Shown: in pieces, positions 12,615-26,006 of the stretch
Layout: each line of letters starts with the position of its first letter
Numbering within the stretch: the first letter of the stretch is position 1
NCBI RefSeq assembly: GCF_006345805.1
Contig: NC_043000.1
Span: 52,018,001-52,082,000, forward strand
Origin: Octopus sinensis
Taxonomy: Eukaryota
Direction of reading: 5' to 3'
DNA length: 64,000 bases
Notes under the pieces: model-generated
The model's database searches: none
What the model was told of the DNA's origin: nothing
Seen by the model: the letters and a program-made list of their open reading frames with translations, nothing else
Position numbers and translations under genes: made by a program

Positions 12615-13118
12615 TATTTCATTAAATTTGTCATGAAGACAGTACATAGATTGGGTAGCTTTGTGGGCTGGACAAGACATTAATGAAATGAATGATAATG
12701 ATACAAGGATGATAAGGATGAGAGAAGACAGAAAGCGCCCGACGACCCTCTGCTTCTCTATAACATTGTTATTTAACAATACATTACATGAGGCAATGAA
12801 CCTCTTACAATTCGTCTAAAATAGCAACAATATTAATCATTACAAATATATACATATTTCGGCGCTAAGCCTATTCTTCTTCGCCTCCGATCAGCTTGTG
12901 AGCTGCCCATAGGCACTGCTCCGGATCCCAGTCGGGGTCTCAAAAATCGACTCTAAACAAGTCCTTCGTAAAGGTGCGCAACACCCTGGACATGTTGACC
13001 TCCATATGTTGACCTCCATATGACCTTCGCAGTCACCTGCGAAGGCCAATTCGGGTTTTCGGTCCAGGCTAAGGTATCCCGTGATTCTTGAGGGACGCCC
13101 CCCCCCCACCAAGTGTCA
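12615..13118 (-). mobile_element. ORF1-only-type Tx1 element E3, 5'-truncated with inverted 5' segment
   Basis: 12615-13050 is homologous to 52812-53190 (WPSQVTAKV vs WPPQVAAKV; CLWAAHKLIGG vs CLEAARDLIGD). 13053-13118 matches the ORF1 RYPVILEGR region in the opposite orientation. Confidence 0.82.
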
Positions 13119-13120
13119 AC

Positions 13121-13345
13121 GAAGTTCGGTGAATATAGCCAAGTTGCTGTAAATTTCTATAACTTGCCCATTTACCGGTATGAATTACAGTAGCGGGCAA
13201 CGCATTTTCTATTATTATAGTTTCAGGTACGTGCTGTAAAAATCCTTTCTTCACAGTGGTGTTATAACACCCGACAACCCATGTTTGATGGCCTATCCTC
13301 CCTACGTTGTCATATCCCTCCTTCCTTTGTATTTGGCACGCATGA
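13121..13345 (-). mobile_element. Merlin / IS1595-like (ISXO2) transposase fragment
   Basis: RAKYKGRR, TWVVGCYN, IIENALPATVIHTGKWASYRNLQQLGYIHRT motifs. Confidence 0.8.
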
Positions 13346-13346
13346 A

Positions 13347-13609
13347 GGAGACGTAAACGGACCCCTCCCCACCTAAATGTTTTTTTACGGAATCCCACGT
13401 TTTTGGCTATGGAGATTCCAATTCTGAAAAAGAATTTTCGAAAATCGCAACTTCAAAATTTCAGGGAGGAGGGGGGGGGGTGTTGGAAATTTGAAGTTGA
13501 GATTTTTTAAACTTTTTTTTTCAGAATTGGAATTTCCATAGCCGAGAACGTGGGATTCCGTTAAAAAAAAATTTTAGGTTGGTGGGGGGTAGGGTCAGTT
13601 TACGTCTCC
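13347..13609. repeat. Long imperfect inverted repeat (fold-back, MITE-like)
   Basis: Left arm GGAGACGTAAACGGACCC...ACGGAATCCCACGTTTTTGGCTATGGAGATTCCAATTCTGAAAAA pairs with the reverse complement of the right arm ending GGGTCAGTTTACGTCTCC. Confidence 0.92.
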
Positions 13610-13920
13610 GCCATGTGCGCTAAATATTCATTATTTGTGCATTAACAAGGCAAACAATTGTTTCATGTAAAAGGATATTCGCAATTGTTCAAATGATCTA
13701 CATAGAAGTGTTTGTACTCGTCTCCATTTTGGATGAGAATACACGAAGTTAAACAAGATTGAAAGCGATTTCAATTCATTTAGTTAATTGTTATTAACTA
13801 AGCTTTAACCCTGGATATTTGCAAAAAATTGCCTTCCCCATAAATTAATTCCCTAATAATCTTATGCGAGAACGCTCGTGCACGACCATATTTATAAATA
13901 TACTTTTATAAGTACACTTA

Positions 13921-14262
13921 CAGGCGCGTGGCTCAGTGGTTAGAGCGTCGAGCTTACGATCGTGAGGTTGTGAGCTCGAATCCCGGACCGGGCTGCGTGT
14001 TGTGTTCTTGAGCAAGACACTTTATTTCACGTTGCTCCAGTTCACTCAGCTGTAGAAATGAGTTGCGACGTCACAGGTGCCAAGCTGTATCGGCCCTTGC
14101 CTTTCCCTTGGACAACATCGGTGATGTGGAGAGGGGAGGCCGGTATGCATGGGCGACTGCTGGTCTTCCATAAAACAACCTTGCCCAGACTTGTGCCTTA
14201 GAGGGTAACTCTCTAGGTGCAAACCCATGGTCAGTGTCTGACCGAAGGGGGTTACCACCACA
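13921..14262 (+). mobile_element. tRNA-derived SINE family B, near-intact
   Basis: GGCTCAGTGGTTAGAGCG...GAGCTCGAATCCC head followed by the CORE-like TTCTTGAGCAAGACACTTTATTTCACGTTGCTCCAGTTCACTCAGCTG body. Confidence 0.9.
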
Positions 14263-14364
14263 CTTACATACACACGTACACGTACCAAATGTACTGAGTA
14301 ATCTTTGAATTTAATGTAAAATTTTTATAATAACATAAAAACAAACATTGATATATATACATGT

Positions 14365-14765
14365 ATAGACGCAGGCAAAAACAATATGTTTAAGAACCTC
14401 ACTTTACAACCACGGGATTTTTGGTTTCAGTCCCACTGCGTAGCACAAGGGGCCAGTGTTTTCTCTTATAGTCTCGGACAGACCATTGCTTTATGAGTAA
14501 ATTTGGAAAATTTGTGAAATCCTGTTGTCAATGTATGTATGTATGTTATCGTGTTTGTTTCGGCTGGCATTGTGTTTTTTATTTGCTCTTTGACAACGCT
14601 CTTTATTTGTTTACGTCCATCTAACTTAGCGGTGCGGTAAAAGAAACTGATAGACTAAGTACTAGACTCAAAAACAGTACTGGTATCGATTTGTTCGCCT
14701 AAATTCTTTAAAATAATTCCCCAGCATTGCTTCAGTCTAATGATTGAAACAAATATAAATAAAAG
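14365..14765 (+). mobile_element. SINE family A, old diverged copy
   Basis: Degenerate GGTTTCAGTCCCACTGCGTAGCAC head and TAACTTAGCGGT...GATTGAAACAAAT tail. Confidence 0.75.
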
Positions 14766-17034
14766 ATGTGTTTATGTATGTGTGCACACACAAACACACA
14801 CACGCATGCACGTACACACACACACACACACACACACATGCACGCATCTATTTGTGTGTGTATATATATGTGTGTGTAAGTGTGCATGTGTATTCGTTTT
14901 GGCGTGTATATAGAGAGACATACTATTTATATATCCATCTCTACACATTACATACACACACGCACACCACGCACATATAAATGCAGTTATGTAGACAGAT
15001 TAATCCATAAGCGATTTAACAATTTAAACTAAAACTAGAATTCTTAAAAACCCAACAAAACAACGAATCCGCCTCTGTGTTGTCGTCTGACATACTAAAA
15101 ATCACTGGCAAAACACCATTCAGCAATACGGTGCACTAACTAAATGACAAAATGATTTAGCGTCACGGTTAAAATGCATTTGGCATTTCATTCTACTCCA
15201 CTAGGTTTGGCGATCATGTCTTCCCACTCAGTGATGACTCGGGGTTAAACAACGATCGTAACATAAATTATTGATTCGAGCCTTACATTCTGAACTCGCG
15301 TTTGAAAACTGAGGGGAGGCATTTTTTCAAGAACATATAAATTTTAATGCGCGCGTGTCTGTGCGCCTGCCTGTGTTATGTTGTTCATATGCATATTTGC
15401 TTTTGCTTGATTGATGTGTTCATGTCGTATTTGATTTTTGCCAAACGATGTTGTGTTTCGAACATTTATCTTTTCAGGAAGCAAACTTTGAAAAAGATAA
15501 AGGAGATATCCGCAATGCTAAATTCACAAACAGACGTATCTGTAAAAACTCTTGCCAAAATCTGTTGGGAGAGAGAAGAAAAGAGAGAGAATCAAAATAA
15601 GAAAAGAGAAAGAGAAATACTTAAGATGGAGAAGGGGAAAGAGAAATATACAAAGTCAGCGACAGAGAGAGTATACGAACGTGTATATATCTATGTGCGT
15701 GTGTAACTGCATGTGTGTATATATATGTGTATGCTTGTATTTCTGAATGTGCGTGAAAGAGAAATCATGATAAAAGAAAGGAAAAAGAAGCTGCACAGGG
15801 AAGAGAATGTGCGTCAGTGAATGTTGCATCTGTGAATGCGTGCGCATGCATATGTCTGTATATTTTGTGTGCGTTTAAGAGGGGCCAAAATGGTATAGAG
15901 AAAGAAGAAGAGAGTTGGAATAAGAGTGGGGGCGAACTAGCAATATCTAAGAAATAGGACATCCGGTTTTAAAAGATTAGTCGGCGTTTTAACGTATTAA
16001 ATGCAATAGCCAAGGCATAAGCCTCGACACGTGCTGCAAGACTAGATGGGATTAAATCGCAATTTACGAAATATCACGAAGATTTTCTTTTTACATCATG
16101 AAACTTACTTGGTTTGATTAGAACATGTAAGTATGCTTCACACCACCACAACGACCAACCCACATATTCTCTAAATTCTGGGAGGGATATACGTTAAATT
16201 TATTTCTAATCTGCAGCTAAAATTTATATCTAACCTCAGTAATTTTATCTTGATAGCATCTCTGTACATATACGCTAGTAAAGTCCATGTAACCAGCAAG
16301 GCATGAATTTTTACTTAATCATTCGATCAAAAGGAAATAGCAACCAATTTACACTCAAACGGAACTCTACCTCCTGTTTTACAAACAGGGACCCATTTTA
16401 CAATATTGTCGTGGCTTGAATGCATTTGGGTAAGGCTTGAATACATTTGGTAATAGAATGCATTTGGTTAATCGGTTCTAGCGCGTGGCTAACAACAACA
16501 ATTATTTGAAAATGCTCTAACTTCTTAATATCTTGTTTCTAGGCCATGCGTGTCAAAGTAATGTTTCGACATGAAAGGGAAGATATTACTCAATAAAGGA
16601 ATGCAACTGATCTGTCTAGTATACGACCTTGTTTTAGACTTTAGCAGCAAGAGGTATTTTATGGATCTAGTAAAATAAGTTAGTATGCCGTGAAAACAGA
16701 AACCTGAAATTTAAGGCATAGCTTGTATTTGAAACTATCAGAAATTTATCCGACTCTTGCTGCTGTTCTTATTCATAGTTATCTAAATTCAACACTGTTG
16801 GTACTGGTACAGATATATTAATCAGTATCATCAATCATAATTTCCAATGGAATACATGGGGAAATATGATGTTTAATGAAGCAAAAACACATGCGCACAA
16901 AAGTTCTCATATCTTCAGAAGATCAAACAAAATTGTTTCATTTTTTATGGCATGTCAGTTCTGGAGAATATTGACTTTTGAGATTATCTCCTCTCTTTAT
17001 TTGGAGTTTCTCCCTGTCACCAGCGACGATTGTT

Positions 17035-17268
17035 TTACCTTCTCTGATAGTGAATATATTCTTTTATTTGTTTTACTTGTTTCAGTCATTTGAATGCTGC
17101 CATGCTGGAGCACCAACTTGGTGGGGGGGGGTGTCGAACAAATCGACCCCAGTACTTATTCTATCAGTCTCTTTTGCTGAACTGCTAAGGTTACGGAGAT
17201 GTAAACACACCAATACCGTCAAGCGGTGATGGTGAGAAAACACAGACAAAAAGACACTCACATTGATA
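17035..17268 (-). mobile_element. SINE family A tail
   Basis: TTTTACTTGTTTCAGTCATTTGAATGCTGCCATGCTGGAGCACC...GTCAAGCGGTG. Confidence 0.85.
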
Positions 17269-17269
17269 T

Positions 17270-19341
17270 TCCAATATTTTTTGTTTTAATTTTTTCAGAA
17301 CATTTTACTCCAAGTGTTCTAACTAGGGCTAGTGTTCTAATTTGAGCCTTGACATTACCTTACACGTCCCTTATCCTTTGTTCACATGTTTGTGTTGTCT
17401 ACTGCACATCAAACAATTCGCAATGAGTGCAAAGAAACGGAAGTAACTTGACGAATATATCCGATTTGGATTCGTGTCCCTCCAAATGGGTGACACAGAA
17501 ATCCCCCAGTGTGTGATATGTTACAGAACTTTGAGCAGTAATGAAATGCGACCCTCACGCTTAAGACGACATTTGAAGACGACACATCTAGCTCTCGCAG
17601 ACAAGCCCAAGGCATTCTTTGAAACAAAAAGACATTCCTAGAATCAAACTAAGTAGTGGGGCATTTCGGTAACAAACTTCAATGGTTTTTGAGACTTCCT
17701 ATGAGATCGCCATGTTGAATGCAAAGAGCAAGAAGAACTATAACATAGGAGAGTATTTCGTAAGACCAAGTCCACTCCGTGAAGCAGAACTAGTTCTGGG
17801 GAAAGATAGCGCAAACAAGCTTTCCCAGATTTTACTATCAAACAATACAGTCAAATGAAAAATCGACTTGTCTGAAGACATCAAATATCAAATTCTCGAC
17901 CAAGTAATTCTCCTGTTTTTACCATCCAGTGTGACGAAACGACACTCATCGTCTAGTGTTCTCAGCTACTGGTATATGCTCGTTTTGTATTAGGCAACTG
18001 TGTAAAAGAAGTGTTGTGTCACCCTATGAATAGTTGTAGAACAGCAGCTGCTATTTTTCGTGATGTATCAAACTTCTTTCAGGAAATCAACTTTCGTGGG
18101 ATTTGCTGGTATGTGTGTGCACTGATGGAGCTCCATCTATGCTTGGTCTGCAATCTAGATTCATTACTAAGGTAGAAAAAAAAATCCATCTGTTTTAGGT
18201 GCACACTGCCTACTTCATCATGAAGCCTTAACATCCGAACCTTACCTACTGAAATGGAAAATATCCTGATCATGGCTGTCAAGGTTGTCAACTTTGTTAA
18301 AGGTAGAGCCTTAAACAGACGTCTTTTCAAACTGTTGTGTAAAGATACGGAATCTGACAATGAAATATTGCTTTTTTCACACGAACGTACAAGAAGTAGC
18401 AATATTTCTAGATTTGCAGTAGAAAGTAGATTTCCATGACAAGTTCCAGTCAGAAGGTTTTCGGCTATCTCTAGCTTGCCCGGTGGACATCTTCGAAGTG
18501 TTGAATGCTCTCGACCTTAAACTACAAGGAAACCAACATCAACGTCAAAAGCATCACGACACTATTCGAACCTTAATGGCCAAACTCGACCTCTGGTCAG
18601 TTTTAGTTACTTAGTTTCTGCTCTCATTCACGGTAACCTTGATTCTGAATTAAAGAAACAAATAATCAGTCATCCAACTGACTTGAAAACAGAATTCATC
18701 AGATACTTCCCAGATATGGATGAAAAGCGTGAATCTTGGAAATTCATCAGGAACCTTTTTGACTGATGGTTTAGATGAAGTACAAGAGGAGTTTCTTGAG
18801 CTGAAGTTCAACTCCCAAGCTAAGGAAGACTTCAAAGAACTGGATCAGGTACCTTCCTGTTTAACCGCTGATCTCACATCAGGCTCTTCGGATTTTAGCT
18901 GTTTGGTTCCATGTATCTTTGTGAAGCTACATTTTCCACGCTCGTTGCTGTCAAGAATAAGTACAGAAACAAGCTGAACGTTGAAAGGGACTTATGTTGT
19001 GCACTCTCTGGCATTCAAACATGCACTCAAGATTCTGTAGCTAAGAAGCGGCTTTAAGTATCTCACTAATAATGTGATTAATTCATATTCAATAAAAAAA
19101 TACTTTTTTTTTGCTAAGAGGGAGTGTCAAGTATCTCACTTTTTGTATATTGTCATTATATATAAAATTATTTATATTTTGTATTAAGTGACTAATTCAT
19201 ATTTAATAAAAAGACTGAGTACATATTTTAGATTTTATTTAAAATCTGGGAAGAAATTTATTCATAGACACAAGAGAGGGGCGTGGAGAGAAGGACAAAT
19301 TCCTAGGCGAAGCGTGGTAGTGAAAAGGTTAATAACCACTG
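17270..19341 (+). mobile_element. hAT (Buster/Charlie-like) transposon, decayed transposase plus right TIR
   Basis: MSAKKRK.LDEYIRFGF...PQCVICYRTLSSNEMRPSRLRRHL from 17423, VCTDGAPSMLGL, VVNFVKGRALNRRLF; TIR GGTTAATAACCACTG at 19327-19341. Confidence 0.92.
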
Positions 19342-20269
19342 ATTTAGAATGAAGAAGTGGGTGGTAGAAATCTGAAAATGAAAAGTGTAATCGATAACTG
19401 TGAGTCCGCTTAAACACTTTCGTCATGGTTTATTCTACGCACAACACGCATATGTGAAGCCTTATGAATTATGTATGTATAAATTTAATACCTTTTGAAT
19501 TGTCGTAGTTTCTCACCAGTAAGCCATGGTAGTTCTTTGAGATAACAACAGAGTCTTTAATGGGTTTGTACAATTGTGAAGTGTGTTTTGAAGGCAATGG
19601 CTATATATTTTAGCAGAGAATCAAGATGTTAAAAATCGCTGTACTTCGTGTAATTGTTTCTCTTGTTTTCAAATATATCGCATACAAATATACATTTTAA
19701 CGTATGTATTTCGTACTGAATACTAAAACGATTATTAGCAGTCTGAAAGGTTGCCTACAGTTCAAATATGGCCGAGATCTTTTTCAAACTTTGTACATGC
19801 TCATTCATATCTATTTAGTCTCGACAATTAAGCATCAGTCATTTTAAAGAAAAACTGCGTAAAGGAATAACGATCGTCGATTTCACGTCATCTTATCGAC
19901 TCAACTATTTGATTCAGTTAGTTTTCACTGAAAGCAAATTTATTCTGAAATTTAATCTTTGAAGCTGCGACTGTGTAATTTACTCTTTTACTGCGATCAT
20001 TAGGCTTGCATGCACTCCGGAGTAGAATACTGCCATAAAATAGAATATAAGTTTTGTCCAAGCAAGAAATTCAAACCTACTACCGACACTTTGCACTATC
20101 AACATTAGCTATCTAAAAACCTGCTAACCGGGAAACCTCTGTGCTTTATTGCTCTACTTGTGGAAAGCGTAACCAAATATTTCCTTAAACCCCATTTCTG
20201 TTTTTAAAATACATCTAATACTACACTGAATATTTTGTGCTATATACTACTGTATCCGGAAAAGGCGGA

Positions 20270-20620
20270 GAGTCAGCGATTCACTTCATGCCAAGACAAC
20301 TTTTCACATTAAAAATATAGCTTCACCAGTGCGTCTGGAAACTTAATTTATGCGATAACATGGTCAGGGTGTGGGGAAAATTACATTGGACAAACGGGAA
20401 ACATTTTACGACATACGACTCTGGCTAGATTGCAAAACGAAATGCAGAAATACAAACAAATAGGGTTCAGGGAAGGTATAGACATATGTACAGGCAAAAC
20501 ACAACCAAATTTCACAATTTTTCCTCTATATAAATTTAGAAATAATATAACTCAATGACAACGCAGCAACAAAAAAATGTCCTTCATAGCAAAATTCCAA
20601 CAACACTTGTTATTATATCA
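20270..20620 (+). mobile_element. Penelope-like element GIY-YIG endonuclease remnant
   Basis: SFTSASGNLIYAITWSGCGENYIGQTGNILR at about 20319-20420, then FTIFPLYKF...FIAKF. Confidence 0.85.
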
Positions 20621-21239
20621 GATTAACTGGACTTTAAAAACGCAACAAAAATAACCTGCTTCATCTTCTGCTGCGTCACTTGTTTATAATTCCGGAAAAG
20701 CATAAATACTCTGTTTCTTCCTCTTTTGATATTTACAATAACCAATAAAGCTAAGCAGTAATTTGAGATAAACCTATGATTACGAAATGTCAGTCAATTG
20801 ACTCTAATTCATCACATTTTAGAGAAATAAGTAAAATATTGATTGTTTGGTTAACATATTGATTAATTGATTTTTTTCACAGCAAAGTTGATTTGGTGAT
20901 TGTTAGCCATAGGATGAAAACTTACATCAAAATTTTCATTGAGAAAGAAATATTTTAAGTGAGAATAAATTTAACCCTCATCAATTTGTTTTGAAATAAA
21001 TAAATTTTCAAAAGTGTAAGTGGCTCATTAAGATTGGTTCTTTGAACGCTATTAAAAGAAATCGCTGAAGCCTGTTACCCGTCCACTTTTAACTTTACAG
21101 GAAGATATCGTAGTAGCAGCATAGCATACGCTGTTAAACCTCTTTTGAAGGAATGCAATTGAGAGAGATTAATTATATGAATTCTGTCCGTATTAAAGGC
21201 TTGGTGATGTTGTAACATCATAGAGTATTCTACATATAT

Positions 21240-21555
21240 ATATAGGAGCAGTCCGTCGGTTGCAACGACGAGGGTCCAGCTGATACGATCAACGGAACAG
21301 CTTGCTCGTGAAATTAACGTGGAAGTGGCTGAGCACTCCACAAACACGTGTACCCCTAACATAGTTCTCGGGGAGATTCAGCATTGACACAGTGTGTGAC
21401 AAGGATTGCCCTTTGAAATACAGATACTACTCATTTTTGCCAGAAGAGTGGACTGGAGCAACGTGAAATAAAGTGTCTTGCTCAAGGACACAATGCGCCG
21501 CCGGGAATTGAACTCACGACCTTACGATCATGAGCCGAATGCGACTAACCACTAA
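21240..21555 (-). mobile_element. tRNA-derived SINE family C
   Basis: Minus head TAGTGGTTAGTCGC...GAGTTCAATTCCCGG; CORE-like TCCTTGAGCAAGACACTTTATTTCACGTTGCTCCAG; tail differs from family B. Confidence 0.85.
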
Positions 21556-23799
21556 AAAAAATATATATGTATATATAAATATCGAAACGAAACCACAGTG
21601 ATTTCCATTTGGCAGCTGACGCTGGGAATGCGCATTTGTTATGCTTGTTTGTGAATTCTTATGTCTTAGTCTTGTTATTCAGATCTGTCATTCATTCTAG
21701 TTAAGTGGAAAGTATTTGTGGATTCATAGTTTGTGGACATTACTTACATTACTATTGGCTGTTTTTCTTCATAGATAACCTTATTGTACTAAGACAACGT
21801 GCAGATAATGGGGTCTAGTTTTGGGAGGTTCTGTAGCACACACACGCACACTGAGTGTAGGTCCTGAACTTCTGGATCTCTGCATCCTTGCACTAGGACA
21901 TTGGGAAAATGTGAAGACGTGATCGACCAACGCACTTTATATATACAATTCGTAACGCTTAGATCACTCCTTTCGTATTATTATTGTATGGCTTCTTCTT
22001 CTTCTTCTTCTTCTTCTTCTTCTATTCCACTTTATTTTTGCTATTTCTGCACTTATTTTATACACATTGTTTCCTCCCTTCAAAAGCAACATCAAATCGT
22101 TTAGGTGCAATAGCGTTAGAAATGGAATGCCAGCGAAGCAATTCTAACTAATAACATAGACGTGTTAAATAGATTCTACCTTTTCTTAATTGTATAATAC
22201 ATATATGTGCGTGTGTGTGTGTGTGTGTGTGTGTATGTCTGTGTGTAGTAGTAGTAGTGGTGGTGGTTGTAGTAGTAATCTTATATTAAGTTGCGAAAAG
22301 AAATTTGTAAGAATATAAACAAATAGATAAACCATTTTCTTTTTCGTTTTATCAATACACAATATATCACCGATCTATTGGCCAATATCTGTGTTAATTG
22401 AAAATAAACACTGATATATGAGTTTTAATAGTATGCAGGCTTCTTTACTTCAACTAGAAAACTTGAATATCAATAACACGTTTATCGGTTTATTATAGTT
22501 TTTGCACTAGGTCTAAATAACATACTACTTTATAATGCTATCCATGTTTGGCCTGCTGTAACACATAGGAGGAAAAGTCTCAAGCCTTATTAATTGCATT
22601 GTGTTTTGCGCAACAAAGTTCGTATATCGAATACAATGAATTGGAATTCATTGAATAAAAATTTATCTGAATACTCGACCGTAGAAAAAATAATGAAATA
22701 GATTATAAAAGTTAATTTTTTTCTATAGAAACGGAACTAGTTTTACAGTTCATTAATAGAAATTGATATACGTACATGATAATTACGGAAAATAAGTTTG
22801 TAACTTATCCTTAACCCTTTAGCAAATGTAATGCTTATTTATTCACACTGTTTCGAATTTGCCATACATTATCTTGTAACTGTGTAGTTTCAATGATATG
22901 ATTGTTAATTTTTAGAATGATATTGCAGGGTTAGTGTGAGAGGCCTGATCTGTCCAGTTTCAACATAGAACAGGAACAATATTTGGGCCTGACATGGCTG
23001 GTTTGAATATCATATTTTTATACAAGCTAGTTTTGCCTGGAAATTTCATTGCTTTGCTGATTGTATTAAATGTGCATGCGTGGTAATGTAGCAATCTCAC
23101 TTCTATCACCACCAATATCATAAACACTACCACCACCAACCACCACCTCCCGCAACCACCGCCACCAGAACACCGCCGCCTCCACAAAAATATTAAAACA
23201 AGCATACAAGCCAACAAGAGGGAGCCAGACTCTAGCTGGTCATTTGAATTTGCTGATATTTCAGAGTTGGCCGCTTCTTTAACGGCAACCAAATCTTGGT
23301 CAAATCCTTAACATCAAAAATACCTTTCTGGAAGTAAAGAAATAATCACAGATAACATTTATGTAGTAATAATATAGGAAATTTTTTTACTGTGAGAAAA
23401 CAACCGACAGCAGTGCAAATTAAAATCAAATCAGACAAGACAGGCCCTTTCAGAAAGAAGAATCTGATCATATATATATGAACCTACATGTGTGTGTGTG
23501 TGTATATATGTATGTATACATATATATGTGTGAACACACACATATATATATGTATAACTGTCTGCGTGTGTATATGGGTGACAGTATAAAAACGTGTATC
23601 TAATATATAGACATCAAAAATGACATTTATAAACTAATGGGAAATGACGCAACACTAGAAGCGTAGTCTTTAAAAGCGACAACCAGTATCAAGAAGCACA
23701 TTAGTGTAATGAAAATACACACGCTCACGCACACTGGCAATATATACATACATATATATATATACACGCACACATATACATGTATATACTTATGTGTGT

Positions 23800-25520
23800 A
23801 TTTATGTACACCAGCAAAGAACTCGCCAAGTACAACCCAGTCTACACACCTCGACTTCAACTCTTTTATGTCCCAAAATGCCATCACTTCTGTGCACCAA
23901 ACAAACTGTAGTTTTCAAGTGGTACAAATAAGAAAAAAAGTAACACGATAGCATCACAACTGAAATCACTTAAAATCCCAAACAATCTGTACCAAAATAT
24001 ATACATATCCCACCAAACTAACAACAATAACTCTTCCGTAGACATCACCGTAGCGTTCTGGTAAACAATAATACCGACCTCTCCTCGGACAGTATTCCAA
24101 TTATCGTCATAGTATACTCGCACGTAAATGAAGAAAGCAAAAGCACTTTCGTTAATTACAACAAGACAATGGAGCGAGTCTATGTTTTCAAAACAATGGA
24201 ACAGAGTCGAGGTTTTTAGAATCCGACAAAACAACTCCACATATAGACTATAGTACGTACATTCAATAAAAAGATAATTGACGTATTTAAAAGATCTTAA
24301 AGAGTAACATAAAATATACATCTCCAAATTATACACGTGAAATATCCAAACTATAAAATAATCATAAACAACTATGCACACAGCACACCAAAAACCACAC
24401 ACAGCCGAAATAAAACTCAATTTCAAGTAACATGACAATGAAATATAAAAGAACAAAGCTTAGAACAACAGAAAAATGGAAGACGTTTACCGCCAACAAA
24501 AATCGCAAAATTAGCAGACTAATAGGAATATGAATTAAGATAACTTCTAATGCAGTACATCTTATATATACTATACCCACATAGCACCATTTTAATAGTA
24601 TCATATACATTTCTAAAAAAATTCAGACACCAAAAGTCACACCAAAGAGAATGGTGTGTAAAAAGGAACAACACAAACCACCACCAAATCAGTATGGACT
24701 ACATTCCATTTAGTGACAGAGAAAATTCCAAACATACGTCTAAAAACTTAGAAGCCAACAAAATTTGGCTACATCTGTTAGCATTTAACAAGTTTTCGAG
24801 TCAAGGCAATGTTATAAAAATGCTAATGCCCAAAAGAAACCTAAGCGAATGCAGTAACATAAAACGGATCCATTACCATCCTTACGATCTCTAGAAAGAT
24901 ATCCCTAACCAACACATTCTCTTTTCCAGATCACAGCACGAATTTAGACAACTACACTTTTAAACAACACTACTCGGAAGCCTAACACAATATGTACATC
25001 TTAGTGGGGAAAAAAAGAAAAATCTCACATTTCCCATTCTGCCAAGTCTCAGCATTTCTCCCTCTCCCTATCCTCTAATACAATAGTTCTTAGAATTCTC
25101 ACCTTTCCAAACAATACAAAGGATATTCAACATCACTTTACGAAACAATACTAAATGGATAGAAAATTACCTGTTTGGATTCCAAGTCTATATAGTGTGT
25201 AAAAATAACACCTCCAGAATAGTAATTTCCGAATGGATTACCATAGTGATCTATTCTCCATGAAACTGATACACTTCTACAAAGTACAGATAAATTCATA
25301 CTCAGATGACAGTACACTCACGTCTTCACCATACTCCAGACACTGATGTATAACTACACTAACCCTATATAAATCACACAGAAACCTGGCTTTACAGCAG
25401 CAGTATATTCTAAATCTGCTGTCTCCCTTCTTACTAGTCACATCAGAGAGCGTCAAATAGATAATACTATCATAATAACCAGTACACATATATGACGCAG
25501 AAACCATAACCGCAATCTAT
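23800..25520 (+). mobile_element. Highly degenerate non-LTR retrotransposon ORF2 (clade unresolved)
   Basis: A/C-rich strand bias; GLP**SIL (25235) resembles GxPQGSIL; SYSDDSTL (about 25296-25320) resembles YADD. Many stops. Confidence 0.6.
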
Positions 25521-25728
25521 AGTCATGCAGTAATAGGCTGGATGGTGGAGATAATTCAATTAACACCATTTTATATGGGCGCAGAGCATTGTACAATGTT
25601 ATCATTCAGTCGATGACCTTTGTACGCGTTCAAGGCTGCCTTGAAGCTGGACGAACATAACAAGCGCAAAAGTCACTAGAATTGGTACGTTATTAAGTTG
25701 TTAATACCATGAGTAAAATGAGATCACA

Positions 25729-26006
25729 TCTTCTATATATATAAAAGAGAAGTTGTGAGTCTGTCTCCTACGATTTAGATTCCTAACTACTCCCACATTT
25801 TGCGGTGCAGTTTAACCAAAACCGGGTATCTTATAGTCGTGATTCATATCGAGCCCCTCTGGGTATTAGCACGATTTAAAAAAAAATTACCATCATTGTT
25901 TTCCATTTTTAATGCATTTTTTGCTATTTTTTGGTTATAACTCTCTAAAAATGCTTATATAGTTATTTCCCTTACAAACCCGAGCAACGCCGGGCGATAC
26001 TGCTAG
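25729..26006 (+). mobile_element. Non-autonomous Helitron
   Basis: 5' A|TCTTCTATATATATAAAA; subterminal hairpin CCCGAGCAACGCCGGG (25979-25994); 3' CTAG|T; inserted between A and T without a TSD. Confidence 0.85.

Noticed and set aside
13921-13995. tRNA gene candidate (and the other tRNA-like heads)
   Set aside because: No full cloverleaf; each runs directly into a SINE body.
15478-15535. Plus-strand exon candidate ttttcag|EANFEKDKGDIRNAKFTNR
   Set aside because: Good acceptor but weak donor, no recognisable domain and no linked exons.
23884-24610. Hydrophobic minus-strand ORFs resembling membrane proteins
   Set aside because: Antisense of an A/C-rich decayed LINE.
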